From: Octopus vulgaris
Lineage: Eukaryota
DNA length: 64,000 nt
Reading direction: 5' to 3'
NCBI GenBank assembly: GCA_951406725.2
Contig: OX597823.1
Location: forward strand, 88,164,001-88,228,000
Shown here: positions 25,732-38,580 of the stretch, piece by piece
How positions within the stretch are numbered: position 1 is the first letter of the stretch
How the letters are laid out: every line of letters begins with the position of its first letter
Notes under the pieces: generated by a model
What the model saw: the letters and a program-made list of their open reading frames with translations, nothing else
Databases searched by the model: none
What the model was told of the DNA's origin: nothing
Position numbers and translations under genes: made by a program

Positions 25732-27502
25732 ATAATAAAAAATACAGATATATACACACACACGTACTGGCGCTTGTGTGTGATAGAAATAACTATTATT
25801 TTACCAAGAAGTGCTGCTACATATTCGGTTGTAGTAGATAAAAATTTCACATTGAAAACTTTTGCCTAATTCCTACTCGTTTTGGCACTTGGTTTTCTTC
25901 TATATTTGGAAACCTTCCAAATTATATTAGAAAAATTAAAGCAATAACGTTTGTTTGTTCATATGTGTATATTAATATAACTAGTGTCATATTCAGTAGT
26001 TCTTTACGTATGCTACAAAGCTTTATCTCACTTGGTCGCAAGTTTCTTTATCGAGCAAAAAATAAACCCTTCAGCAATATATAGCAAGACTCACAAAAGG
26101 AATCTATTCGTCTGTTAATTCTTTCATTGTAATTTTTTAAATATTTTCAGCAATATTAGCAAATGTCTGTTTTTGTTTAACACCACTCTATTTCAAACTT
26201 ACTTTAATTTAATGGAAAGAAATGCTGTATGATGCCAAAAGACACATACTTATTTGGAATATAGAAATTTAGTCCTGGTTCATGTGTTATATTTTAACAC
26301 AATTTGTAGCAATATAGACAATAAACAGTCTATACATTGAGTAAACATTCTTAGTTAGTCTCTCTATTAAGTTTGTTAATTCTTGGCTTATTTTTTATGT
26401 TGCTTTCAAGGAGAAACGTCACAATTTATTGAACGGCAATTTTGAATACTTTAGGGGCAAAAAGATTTTTCGATATTCTACGAAGTATTGAATGCGTTTA
26501 ATTAATAAAATCAACGTACTATGAAGTATATATGTTGTCCGTTATTTCTCTGTAGATATCAAAATATAGAAGATATACATAACATTTAAAAGAGAAAAAT
26601 GGCCATAAAAAAGCACTTTAATAGAATAAACATTTTTACTGATCGTTCGATACAAGCAATTAAAATAATTTAAATAAGGTAGGGATAAATAAAAAACTGT
26701 AAGCAATTATCCATTTCAATGGCAAATATAGATATTAAAAGTAATACAATCAAAGGTTATTAAATGTTACCCTTTCAATGTTACCATTCAACATCTCTGA
26801 TCTTTGTATAGATTATACCAATTATTGGAGCCTTATTATTTAACAGCGATAAAAAAATGTATAAGCTCAATTTTGCAATATTAATTCGGTAAAATATCAC
26901 TTAAACATTTATGTGTGTCGTTTTTTTAGGTTTTATCAATTCTGTTCATAGTCATCTGTTATTGGAATATTATAGTAAAACAGAGCGACACTTTGAATTA
27001 CAAGCGATAAACCATCGAGAAGTTATTATGCATCTTTGATTGCCGAGTCAATACAATTTACATCTTGTTCATTGCAATGTCTTTGAGATAAGTATAAATT
27101 TCCCATCAGACCCTACTTTACAGAAAATAACATCGTATCTATAACTTATTTAAGATTTATAGCAGTTTTCCTTAACACTATACAAATTAATCATTTAAGT
27201 ATATATAGTTCTTAGCTAAAAAGAATTTTTAACATGATAAAATTCACGTAGTGGAAATTGTAGATTGACACACTAAATTACTCGTATATTTAGGTCACCA
27301 CATCAATATTCTAATTTCGAACCACTACACGTTTATATCTCCTTAGACAAATTAATCTATTGCAGCGACTCTAAAAATAATGCACCTTGTTATAATGATA
27401 AATTTACATTCCGTCAAATGAATGCGCTTGGTTTCGTATACTGCCAATGTACTTAGCTTATTCAGACTGATAGTAATTAGTTAAATATATGAGGGAATAT
27501 CG

Positions 27503-27952
27503 AAGGCGGCGAGCCGTCAGAAACGTTAGCACGCCGGGCGATATGCTTAGCGATATTTCGTCTGCCGCTACGTCCTGAGTTCAAATTCCGCCGAGGTCGA
27601 CTTTGCCTTTCATCCTTTCGGGGTCGATTAAATAAGAACCAGTTACGCACTGGGGTCGATATAATCGATTGAATCCGTATGTCTGTCCGTATTTGTCTCC
27701 TCTATGTTTAGCCCGTTGTGGGCAATAAAGAAATAAAAAAACGTTAGCTCGCCGAGAGAAATGCGTAGCGTATTTCGTCTGCCGTTACGTTCTGGGTTCA
27801 AATTCCGCCGAGGTCGACTTTGTCTTTCATAGTTTCGGGGTCGATAAATTAAGTACCAGTTACGCACTGGGGTCGATGTAATCGACTTATTCCGTTTGTC
27901 TGTCCTTGTTTGTCCCCTATGTGTTTAACCCCTTGTGGGTAGTAAAGAAATA
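27503..27952 (+). mobile_element. Tandem dimer of SINE family B (tail type 1)
   Basis: Two units, 27503-27735 and about 27740-27952. ATATATGAGG occurs on both flanks (putative TSD). Confidence 0.92.
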
Positions 27953-28994
27953 TATATGAGGAAAAATTATCTTTACCTAAATGATAGTTTTCTTTCGATT
28001 CACACAAACCCCGCGCGTGCAAACACACATATATGTATGAATATATGTATGTCTATATATTTATGTATATACACACCTTGTGTATGTATGTGTAATTTCG
28101 TAATGTGATCATATAGACGGATATTTGCATTCAGCAACATATTAATTCGCGAGTAGAAAATAAATAGATTTAGGTGTACATGTCCATTTGGACGTGGGTG
28201 TCTCTGGCTTATATCTTTCAGTAATAAAACTCGGAAACATACGAGCAGACAACATAATCTATATTGTCTGCTCGGTTGTCTTCGATCATAGACTTAGTCA
28301 GAGCTCACACCAAAATCATCTACAACAGCGGAAAAAGAAAAGCAACAGCTGAAATTTTAACGTAATCAGTACTAGCAACGCATCGCATACATAAATCTCT
28401 CACACCCACATATAAAAACAGACTTATCATTCACATCAAAACGACTGCTAGACCCGCACTCACCCTACTTTATTAGTTTTAAGGATATGACGAATTTGAG
28501 AAAAATAAAGACGGCATACCTAAGGCCGAAATGTAGTTGACTATAGATATTAGAGGCCTAATCTTCTACTTTATAAAAACCAATTCCACGTAACCATTCG
28601 TCTCCTATTTCCCTCTTGGTATCCTTCGATGTTTTTTGACAAATATTGTAATATATTTCCATCACGTTATTTCAACGGAGAGCAATATATCCTTTTGTGT
28701 ATAAAAATCAATTGTAATCTAATTTTTTGAAGATTTTCTCATTCTCTGCACTAAATTCATTTTGAATAACAGAAACAATTTTGATGAATAAAATCTTCTG
28801 AGATGTTTACGTTCTACAGTTTAATAATGGTAGTTTAACTTTTCATCCATTCATCATCAATAAAACCGAACAATTCTCAAAGGTATTAGTGCACTATATC
28901 CTGTCCTTTTCTCCCCTTCCTGGTTTTTCTTATTTTTACATCAGTTTTATGTACGTTGTGCATTTTCAATATATTCCACTTTATTCTATTATTT

Positions 28995-29140
28995 TTCATC
29001 ATCATCATCATTACCATCACCAACACAATCACCATCACTTTTATATTCAGCATCACCACCCTCCTCATCCTCATCACCACCAACATCACTATTACCACCA
29101 CTACAACGAACACTACCACCACTAACACCATAACCACCAC
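28995..29140. repeat. (CAT)/(CAC) degenerate trinucleotide repeat
   Basis: Direct inspection. Confidence 0.85.
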
Positions 29141-29144
29141 TCGA

Positions 29145-29450
29145 ATAAACAGCACATGACCTTGCAGGTGAGATGGAGTTACGATTTTCTTTATGCCGAG
29201 CAGCCCGTCCCGCTCAAAAGTTCCATGAACAACATTTGTTTAAGGATGTTGCACGAAAAACACAAGTTTCCAGAGGTGAATTATGCAAACCCCAGACAAT
29301 TCTTCTCAGTTATGGCTGTGATACCGCCCCCACTGCTTCTGCTCGTGATCAAAGAGGCATCTGTCGTCAGCCACTAACGGAGATGTTCAACTGGTTAATG
29401 TCAAATAACTGACAAGCAAATCTGTGGCACAGAGCAGAATATTTGTTGTA
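29145..29450 (-). mobile_element. Interspersed repeat family E, copy 1 (probable LINE 3' UTR)
   Basis: Shares GTTTCCAGAGGTGAATT..CTCGTGATCA..TCGTCAGCCACTAA..CAAATCTGTGG with 29626-30160 and, inverted, with about 44190-44330. Confidence 0.75.
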
Positions 29451-29451
29451 G

Positions 29452-29600
29452 TCCATCGTTCTGAATTCAAATTCCGCTGAGGTCGACATTGCATTCCATC
29501 TTTTCGGGCTCGATTAAAGTGCCATTTGCGCACTGGAGTCAATGTAATGGACTTAATAATCCCTTCTCCAAATTTGAGGCGTTGTGCTTCTAGTAAAAAA
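29452..29600 (+). mobile_element. SINE family B, 3' part (tail type 2)
   Basis: GTTCTGAATTCAAATTCCGCTGAGGTCGAC...CCCTTCTCCAAATTTGAGGCGTTGTGC. Confidence 0.75.
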
Positions 29601-29625
29601 TTATTATTATTATTATTATTATTAT

Positions 29626-30160
29626 TGAGCGAGAGAGCAATGCGTGATATCGAAGTGACGCTGAGGGACAAACATATCAAGCCCTATATATTCATCATGA
29701 CTATTCGTCTAATAAGAGTACATCAGGCTCATGCATCACAACCATATGTGCGTGACATGGTGACCCATTATCAACATAAACTGCGCAAGACCCTGCAGAT
29801 GGAGTCAAGTTAGAAATTTCTTCATGTCGAGTAGCTTATCCTGGTCCAAAGGTTCCTGAATAAGGGTTGTTTCAGGATGTTGAACAAAACACATATGTTT
29901 CCAGTGGTGAATTATTCACCCCAAAAGAATACCTCTGAACACATGGATATGAAACTCCCTAGTATCTCCTGTTCGTGATCAGAGATGTGCATATCGTCAG
30001 CCACTAAGGGTTACGTTCAGTTGGTTAAGGTCAATAAACTAACAAATCTGTGGTATTTGCTGCAGCCCATCATTTGTACCAAGATAAATCATGTACATGA
30101 TAACGTTTCCTTTCAGTTAACATCATAAGCCATGAGAGCCACTGCCTGGTACTGTATCTG
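29626..30160 (-). mobile_element. Interspersed repeat family E, copy 2, ending in (TAA)n
   Basis: Homologous to 29145-29450. The minus-strand end TGCTCTCTCGCTC runs directly into (AAT)n at 29601-29626. Confidence 0.75.
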
Positions 30161-30226
30161 TGTGTTGTTATGATTATGATTATTATTGTTGTTGTTGTTG
30201 TTATAATTATTATTATTATTATTAAT

Positions 30227-30428
30227 GAGGCGGCGAACTGGCAGAGTCGTTAGCACGCCGGGTGAAATGCTTAGCAGTATTTCGCCTGCCACTACGTTCT
30301 GCGTTCAAACTCCGCCGACGTTAACTTTGTCTTTCATCCTTTCGGGGCGATAAATTAAGTACCAGTTGAACACTTAGGTTGATGCAATCGACATATCCCG
30401 TCCCTAAAATGGCAAAATTTGATACCAT
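30227..30428 (+). mobile_element. SINE family B (tail type 2)
   Basis: GAGGCGGCGAACTGGCAGAGTCGTTAGCACGCCGGG...TTTCATCCTTTCGGGG..AAGTACCAG. Confidence 0.85.
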
Positions 30429-30464
30429 TATTATTGTTGTTGCTGTTTTTCTTGTTCATAAACT

Positions 30465-30760
30465 CATGCCTAGTGGTTAAGGTTCATGAACTCATTGCCC
30501 AGTGGTTCAGGTTTTGCCCTCACTATCGCGAGATCAGTTTCTGGACCTGAGCAAAACAATTCCTCTCACGTTGCTCGGCGATCGCTTCGGCACCAGTCAC
30601 GTGGTACACCGTGCCTCTGTTCAGGCAACGTCGATTTGATGGAGGGAATGAGCTGATGTACAACGCATACATTTGATCACTATAAACAAACTCATTTGCG
30701 CAGGTCATTCAGCGAAAGTTGAACGCTCCTACATCGCCTTCGACGCGGTAGTCCACCATC
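30465..30760 (+). mobile_element. Probable degenerate tRNA-derived SINE (other family)
   Basis: GCCTAGTGGTTAAGG A-box-like head, CCTGAGCAAAACA motif, GC-richer body ending in (CAT)n. Confidence 0.4.
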
Positions 30761-31140
30761 AGCATCATCGTCATCATCATTATTATTGTTACCGTTATTG
30801 GCATTATTAATATTGTTATGGTATGATCACGATTGCATCTTCATCTTTTCAAAAATCACATTATGACGATCAGGATGGGGAGGCGGGGAAGAAGTTTCAT
30901 AATTATCATCAATCTCGTTACGATATCTTCACGTTCATCCTAACCATTTTCATAATTAATATTTTCATGATTTTTTTTTCTCATTATCTTTTTACTCTTT
31001 CTTTTCTATCATCCTCATTAGAATAACCATCACGACAACGACGACCATCATCGTCCTGAATATCACCAGAATCTTCATTACTTTCTTTATAGTCTCAAAA
31101 TAGTCATTATTTGTTTCCTGGTTTTATTTTACTTGTTTTC

Positions 31141-31760
31141 TTTTAGTCCTTTACTGGTTTCAGCCAGAGGCTGGAGCACCACATTTCAGTGTTTTGGGGT
31201 CTCCTTTTCGTAGTGTTTTCGGTAAAGAAGCGAGTTGGACGAAACTGCTCTTCTTTGTGCCTCCTTTTGCTATGTGGATTTCAGATAGAAATTTACCCAG
31301 GTGCCTTTTGAGAGTTTCCACATGACATCTACACGTCGCAAATTTCTGAAGTTGTTTGGCAGGGTATTAAACAGTTGTGGTCCCTTGAAACTCAAGCACT
31401 ACATTTCAGTGTTTCGGGGTCTCCCTTTTGTTGTGTTTTTGGTGAAGAAGCGAGTTGGACGAAACTGCTCTTCCTCGTGCCTCCTGTCGTGGTGTGGGTT
31501 CACCCGGGATTTCAGATTGAAATTTGCCCAGGTGCCTTTTGAAAGTTTCCACATCTACACCTCGCAGATCTCTGAGGCTGTTTGGCAGGGTATTAAACAG
31601 TTGTGGTCCCTTGAAACTCAAGCTGTTGCAGTACAGTGTCTTTATTCGAGAAGACGAGGGGTCTTTGGTATTACGCAGGGCCGTATAGTGCAGTGATTGG
31701 TAAAGCTTTTAATTCCAAAGTTGGGAGCTAGATCTTCCATATGTGTATCCCTGAATATCT
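31141..31760 (-). mobile_element. CR1-type LINE 3' end with an approximately 220-bp tandem duplication
   Basis: Minus strand SFKGPQLFNTLPNSLRDLRGVDVETFKRHL..IPGEPT is homologous to 56557-56886. Duplicated units start at 31181 and 31401. Confidence 0.85.
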
Positions 31761-31774
31761 TTTTGCCGTTTAAT

Positions 31775-32142
31775 CTTTTACGCTTTTACTTGTTTCAGTC
31801 ATGCTGGAGCACCGCCTTTAGTCGAGCAAATCGACCCCAAGACTTATTCTTTGTGAGCCTGTTACTTATTCTATTGGACTCTTCTACCGAACCGCCAAGT
31901 TACGGGGATGTAAATACACCAACATCGGCTGTCAAACGATGGTGACAGGACAAATATAGACATACAAATATATACATATACATATATAGGACGGGCTTCT
32001 TTCAGTTTCCATCTACGAAATCCATTCACAAAGCTTTTGTCGGCCCGAGATTATAGTAGAAGAAACTTTCCCAAGGCACCACGCAGTGGGAATGAACTTG
32101 GAGCCATATGGTTGGGAAGCACGCTTCTTACCACACAGCCAT
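31775..32142 (-). mobile_element. SINE family A, full length
   Basis: Reverse complement of the 7647 copy. Confidence 0.9.
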
Positions 32143-32254
32143 AACCTTTTTAATACTTTTTTTTCAGTTTCTTAACAATGCTACTGTTGTGTCTGCGAAC
32201 GGGTTTGAAATCAACACTGCACGTCAACAGCAAAGTATTTGTAAAAATAGAAAA

Positions 32255-32546
32255 GTGCGTGGCTCAGAGGTTAGGGTATTCGACTCGCAATCGTATAGCC
32301 ATGGGTTCTATTCCCGGCAGCACGTTGTGCCCTTGAGCAAGGCATTTTATTTCCCTTCAGCTGGCAAAATTGAGTTGTACCAGTAATTCTAAGAGCCAGA
32401 TTCTGTGTCACGCTAAATCTCTCTGTTTTTGAAGTCGCGTGTTCGTGAAGTGCTCAACCACTTGCGGGTTAATTTCACAAAGCCACTGTTCCGTTGATCG
32501 GATCGGATCAACTGGAACACTCGTTGTCGCAACCGACGGAGAGCCA
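32255..32546 (+). mobile_element. tRNA-derived SINE family C
   Basis: GCGTGGCTCAGAGGTTAGG (A box-like), GGGTTCTATTCCCGG (B box-like), then GTTGTGCCCTTGAGCAAGGCA typical of tRNA-SINE post-head regions. Confidence 0.6.
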
Positions 32547-35034
32547 TGCTATATTGATCGGAGACATCGTTATATTTGTGTAATGAATTATCGAATCGAC
32601 ATATGCTCAGCTTTGCTCTGGTCGTGATCATACTGTTATTCTAGTACTACAGAGTACAACATTATCGAATGTAGCTATTAAATGAAGTCGGAATGGTATA
32701 ATTTCAAGGCAGTTTAGCTACCATTTTATGCAGATCAAGCGACCACAGAGAGAAGATCTCCATTGTTTAGGATGTAACGTTCCAGCGAATATCAAATGTT
32801 CGCTCTGCAGCACAGGAATAGATGGAGTAAACTAGTGATATGTTGTTTTTCCTTCACTAAAATTAATCTTCCATACTTTCAGCCTGTTTTCTCCCTTCCT
32901 AATGTCCATCTTCCATTGGCTCTATACTAAGTTCTTTTACTTCAGTTGACCTTCGTATACTTCAAATTTACGCTGACGATGGGTTTTGTCGGATATTTAT
33001 TTGCTATGTTTTGTTTTTTATTTTATTTTGCTGTACGCAAACACAGATGTCTTTCCTTTGTCGAATTAATCCTATTCCAATCTTGCTAATAGTGAAACAA
33101 TACATCCCCATTTTACCATCAGTTCTGGTGATTTTTCTCTTTGGTTAATTCATCCTGCTGAAAATTTACCTCAGGGGATTGTTACTCTACTTTGTGTTCT
33201 GTCATATCGAACAATCTTTTTGGACCTATATGGGCAAAATATTGGTGATAAGACATGAATTTGACTAATTATCAGGGACGTCGACACACTATCGATCGGT
33301 TACACACGACTCCAGTTCTTTATGTTTCTGAAAAGCGCTAGGAAACTTGTCACACAATGAAAGCCAAATGATATTTGCAGGAGACGTGTATAAACAATAA
33401 ATACAATGAAAAACAGAAGATAAAACTGAAGCGAAATCTCAAGGGTCCGATGTAAATATAAAGTTGAAGAAATTTCAAAGAAGTATATTAAAAATGATTA
33501 ATTAACGCCAAATAATTAAACTAAATTCCAAGCTAACAATCAACAAATCTTTCACTTCTTATCTTTATGCTTTTGTTTCAGTCTCTTTCTCGTTCTAAAT
33601 TCACTTTCGTTTGTCTTATCAGTTTCTCACTTGAGATGTTTGTTTCAAACAAGTATTTTATCTAAATTTTCTTTGTTCTACTTTGCTATTGTAATTTTTG
33701 CCAGAACAATCGCTACTGCCATTACCACAGTTACACTCTTTATTACTCTTGTTATTTTCGTTGTTGTGGCCTTTTTTTTGTGATCGTTGTCATTGCTGCT
33801 GTTATTATTGGTGCTGTCTTTTATACAAAGTCTAGACATTTCTCTGTAAATTTGTAGTTCATAAGCCCGATTAAATTATGCTTGGAACATATTTCTATAC
33901 GACGTATTGTCAATGGAACAATACTAGAAAAAAAATCCTCGAACATAACAATATATAACAATTGATGGTCTATCTGATATTTTTTAACAGAGTTCTGTAC
34001 TTTCTTTGAGATATCGAACAATCATTTTTGGTAGAAATACATATTCCGATCAAGAGACAACCCAGCTGTAGATTTCGATATATTTATTCACTTTATTCGA
34101 ATCGATACAGCTTCACTGCATATAACTATAGAAATCTGATTTTTAAATGTTGGGAACTATACATAAAATTTCGTTTAAAATATGAAACATATTCCGTTTC
34201 CTTCTTCCAGTTACATCCTAAATGCTGATAATCTATTTTAAAGAGTAGTTACGTCATCAATGAACTACATACGACAATGATACTTTAGCTATAAGCCCGC
34301 CATTAAATAGCATACTATCGTACATATTATGATGTCTTTATGAATATAGATGCACACACAAAACCAATGTATTTCTAAGATAGCATTAATATATAACTAC
34401 TTTCATTATATCTTAATAATTTGATCAGACGGAGAAGAATAACACTCTTGACTTTTTCAGGATTTTTCGAGAGAAGAATCAGGATGGGTGTTAGAAACTA
34501 TGAATCACGTAGAAACTACAAAATTATCATAAACAAGAAATCTGAGGCAAAATTGTGGGCTTAGCTTTACAAACTCAAGGGCCAGGATGAACAGTTTAAA
34601 CAGAACAAGATAAGACTTTAAATCATCATCTAAATAATTCGTGTAACCGTTATGTTATTGAAGTGCTATCAATGATGTTTTCGATAAAAAAAAGTATTTC
34701 TTCTTACATATCAACATTACAAGAGGCATTTCTCAATATTATAAGAAACGTGATGGAGCATAAGAGTAACGGAGAAGGCTAACTAAGATGAACGCGAAAA
34801 TATCGTTGTCATTAGTATGTCTGCATAACTCCTTTATATCAAAATAGTTTTCCTCGTGTCTAATATCAATTTACGTTAAATTTAGGGTTAGTGCACAAAG
34901 AATAATATATTCCTGGACATTAACACAGACTCATCGTTAGGAAAGTATAAGCATATGATGTATTATAAACAAATATTACCATTATTTAATATATTCACAA
35001 GACAAAGAGATTGCATAACAGCTACCATGGACAA

Positions 35035-35190
35035 AAGGCTAAGCGGCAATTCGTCCGTTCTGAGTTAGAATTCCACCGAGTTTAACTTTGTTTTCATACT
35101 TTGTGGGTCGATAAAATAAGTACCGGTTGAGCACTGGTATTGATGTAATCGCCATACCTACTGGCCTTGTGCAAAATTTAAAGCCAATAT
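35035..35190 (+). mobile_element. Degenerate SINE family B (tail type 2)
   Basis: GTTCTGAGTTAGAATTCCACCGAG...GGGTCGATAAAATAAGTACCGGTTGAGCACTGG. Confidence 0.7.
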
Positions 35191-36312
35191 TTGATATATT
35201 TATGCATTTTCAGTAAACAAGGAAATTCAAGAAATCTGGCTGTGCTTTACGTTAGTAAACGTCAATCTACCAGACCGGTCGTAGAAGTTTTCGTTAATAT
35301 GACTGGCTGTGACGAATGACGTAATCTAAAGATTCGGGAATTTGTCTCTCTTCCAAGTAAAAGTTACAATATAGAAGTGTTCTGAATTTAATGTGTTTAA
35401 TAAAATAATAATAGTAATAAATTGCAAATGGGGTAAATGTTTAGACACAAATTACCCCTCATTAGTGGGTCTGTACTCAACGGCAATAGAATCTTAATTT
35501 TGTCATCCTTTAAATGTAACTTGGTTTATAATATCTGCGGTTTCCATACATATACTAAGACGATGTAATTTGAAGGAATGACTGCTATTTCTGGCAGATC
35601 AAGCTATTAATTAAGATTAGTGGCTATCAATTTAGCAATTATGTGATCTAATGTTCACATGTAATTGGAGGGAATACGATACAAATACGTGATCTTTCAA
35701 CCGTTTAAACAATACTCTATTGATATTCCATGCTCACAGTAAAATGGTTTGCTTTCTCACATGTAATTATATAGCAGCTTATTTCCATTGATTTCACTTA
35801 AATCAACTTACGTATAAAACCAGGTTGCTGTGCAGAGTGTAGAAAATTTATAATATAACGTTTAACGTTTGCTCGAGAAACATGCTGTGATTTAAGTGAA
35901 GTGCAATATTTGGAAGTGGAGAAACTAGAAACAAAAGCACTCATCTTTATGACTTACCGTGTCTTTAAAAGTAGATTTACCCGTTGTTTAGGTTTGCTGC
36001 TTTAGCAGTACTTTATAACAAGACAAAAGCTTTCGGCTTTATGTGAATTTTTTGACTGTTCCAAGTTCAATAAATTGAAGCACCATTCACGTAGAAGAGT
36101 GTGCGTAATCAACTGTTCCCTTTCTCCATAATTCAGGGGTTGAGAGTTTAATTAAGTAATACTGTATTGTGAATAGAATGAGTTCAAATAGATCCGATGG
36201 TGTTTGGGTTTACTATGAAGTTAGTGTGAATTACGACGCTCAAGGCCTTGTAAGTTAAGTGATTGTGACGTAATAATGATCAACTTGACTATGACTCAGT
36301 GATTATGAACTC

Positions 36313-36930
36313 GATTTCTTTATTAGGCATAAAGCCCCAAACACAGAGGGGACACCACAAGGACAGATAAGACCACAACGAATGTAAATGTGATGAAATT
36401 ATATAAAAATGAAAAATGAAGATGGTCGCATGGGTCCCACTCCCATGCGGTACCATTTGAACCGTTATATACTTTTGTTCTTCTATTTCCACTATTTTTT
36501 TTAAAACTTAACATAAAACAATTACTCTTTCTTTTTTTTTATTTTTTCCTTTATTCTCTCTTTCTTTTTTCTTTTTCTCTCAATATAACATACTTATTTT
36601 CTTTTTAATAGTACTTCATCAATGATTCAATTTCTATTAAATCCACTACTGGTGGCAATTCATTGAATTCCACCCTCACTCCCGGTGGGTCAATTGTATC
36701 TCCACACACTTCTTCCAGTTTCTTGTAATTTTCCTTTTCGATTACTATCGCCTTCATATCCTCTGCATATAGGTATGATGGTACTTTCACTCTTAGAGGT
36801 TAAACATGATGAAATGAGTTTTGCAGATTTGCAGAAACGTTTGAGTGCCTGGATGAAAGCATTAAGGCATTTAGTTTCTTTCTTGTATCTTTCGTATTTA
36901 TAAACCATTGGGTCAATTGTATTGATTAAA
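36313..36930 (-). mobile_element. Probable non-autonomous LINE derivative: ORF remnant plus 3' tail related to SINE-B tail 1
   Basis: Protein-like broken ORFs at 36605-36908. The 3' end TATCTGTCCTTGTGGTGTCCCCTCTGTGTTTGGGGCTTTATGCCTAATAAAGAAAT resembles SINE-B tail 1. Confidence 0.5.
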
Positions 36931-38162
36931 CCCCCAAACTACATCAGCAAGAACCGTGATTACGTCGAAACGACTATAACCTTCATATACAAATATCTAA
37001 ACACTGATGGAAGAAATTATTATTATTAGTTGAAATAAAGTTTCTTGCATTCGGTTAAAATCCGGCATTTATTTACTGCTTAACTTATAACACATAACTT
37101 TTATTATATAAATATATATAAATAAAGAATACATATAGGAGTTGAGGGCAAGGTTAAATGTTAGGATAGCAAACAGAAATAAATAGATGTTTCCCTTAGA
37201 AAATGTCAGATAGTTCATTCGTGCTGCCGTGAATACAAAATAGATTTGTCTGAAGTGTAGTCCTAATATTAAGATGATTGCTATCTGTCGAAATCGTTTG
37301 TTTCAAGTGTTTACCAAATTGTTGTAAACATACTCGTAGTATTTAAGAAAAGTGAGTCTTCGTATTTTTCTTTATAGCTACACATGTATACACAGAGACA
37401 GAAACACGGACATATGCAGACCAACACAAGTGGTCGTATTTGTAAGAGAATCTCTAGTTACATCTATGGATGAATAGCATAACTACACGCATGCGCAAAC
37501 GCAAATCGTTGCGTGTATGTATGTATAATTAAACACTTATCTATATTTGTTTGTGTGCACGTTTAACAATAGTTTGCATGTGTAGGGATATACTATCGAT
37601 ACACACATACCTTTATTGCTGATTTTGTTTGTTTTTAATTCGTTTTGACCATAGATAGTTTTCCGAGACAAGAAATGATATTTAGAAGCCCAACTATTGA
37701 CTTGAGTAGGAATTTTATTTGATTCGGCTTCAGATATTTTATATTTTATTTGCAGAGTAAATGACTCTCTCTTATTTAACAAAGACAGTAATGGAATGTT
37801 GTGTATTTTCCATGGAAGCAGACCTTCATAGTTTATTTGCTCAAGCTCTATCGAATTGTCTGTCTGTTGTAGTTCTCTGAATGGAAAGGCAGTTCGTCGA
37901 TCGAACACAAAAACACAAATGTTTGTAATATGCAGACAGTATTGTATTGTATTTGTTTCCTTCCACTTAATCACTCAAAAGTTTCATTCAAATTATATGT
38001 AATTACTAAATTGATAAAATGTTATGTAATGTTTAAAAAAATGGAACGTTCCACAATAAATGCTTCTATTTTACAACATTAAAATATCTAATATATAAAA
38101 TAAAAGCATAGAGACACGAGAAATGTGACATGTATGACTTTCTTTCAGGCAAAGAGAATATA

Positions 38163-38580
38163 TATTTATTTGCTGCTCACAAGGGGCTAAACATAGAGGG
38201 GACAAACAAGGACAGATAAACGGATTAAGTCGATTACATCGACCCCAGTGTGAAACTGGTACTTTATTTATCGACCCCGAAAGGATGAAAGGCAAAGTCG
38301 ACCTCGGCTGAATTTGAAATCAGAACGTAACGACAGACGAAATACCTATTTCTTTATTACCCACAAGGGGCTAAACATAGAGGGGACAAACAAGGACAGA
38401 CGTAGGTATTAAGTCGATTACATCGACCCCAGTGCGTAACTGGTACTTAATTTATCGACCCCGAGAGGATGAAAGGCAAAGTCGACCTCAGCGTAATTTG
38501 AACTTAGAACGTAACGACAGACGAAATACGACAACGCATTTCGCCCGGCATGCTAACGTTTCTGCCAGCTCGCCACCTTT
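38163..38580 (-). mobile_element. Tandem dimer of SINE family B (tail type 1) with TSD
   Basis: Two units joined near 38346. CAGGCAAAGA(G/A)AATATAT lies at 38146-38163 and 38583-38600. Confidence 0.92.

Noticed and set aside
34461-34532. DFSREESGWVLE, resembling the SGW motif of Maverick/Polinton-associated proteins
   Set aside because: Very short match followed by a stop, with no other supporting motifs.
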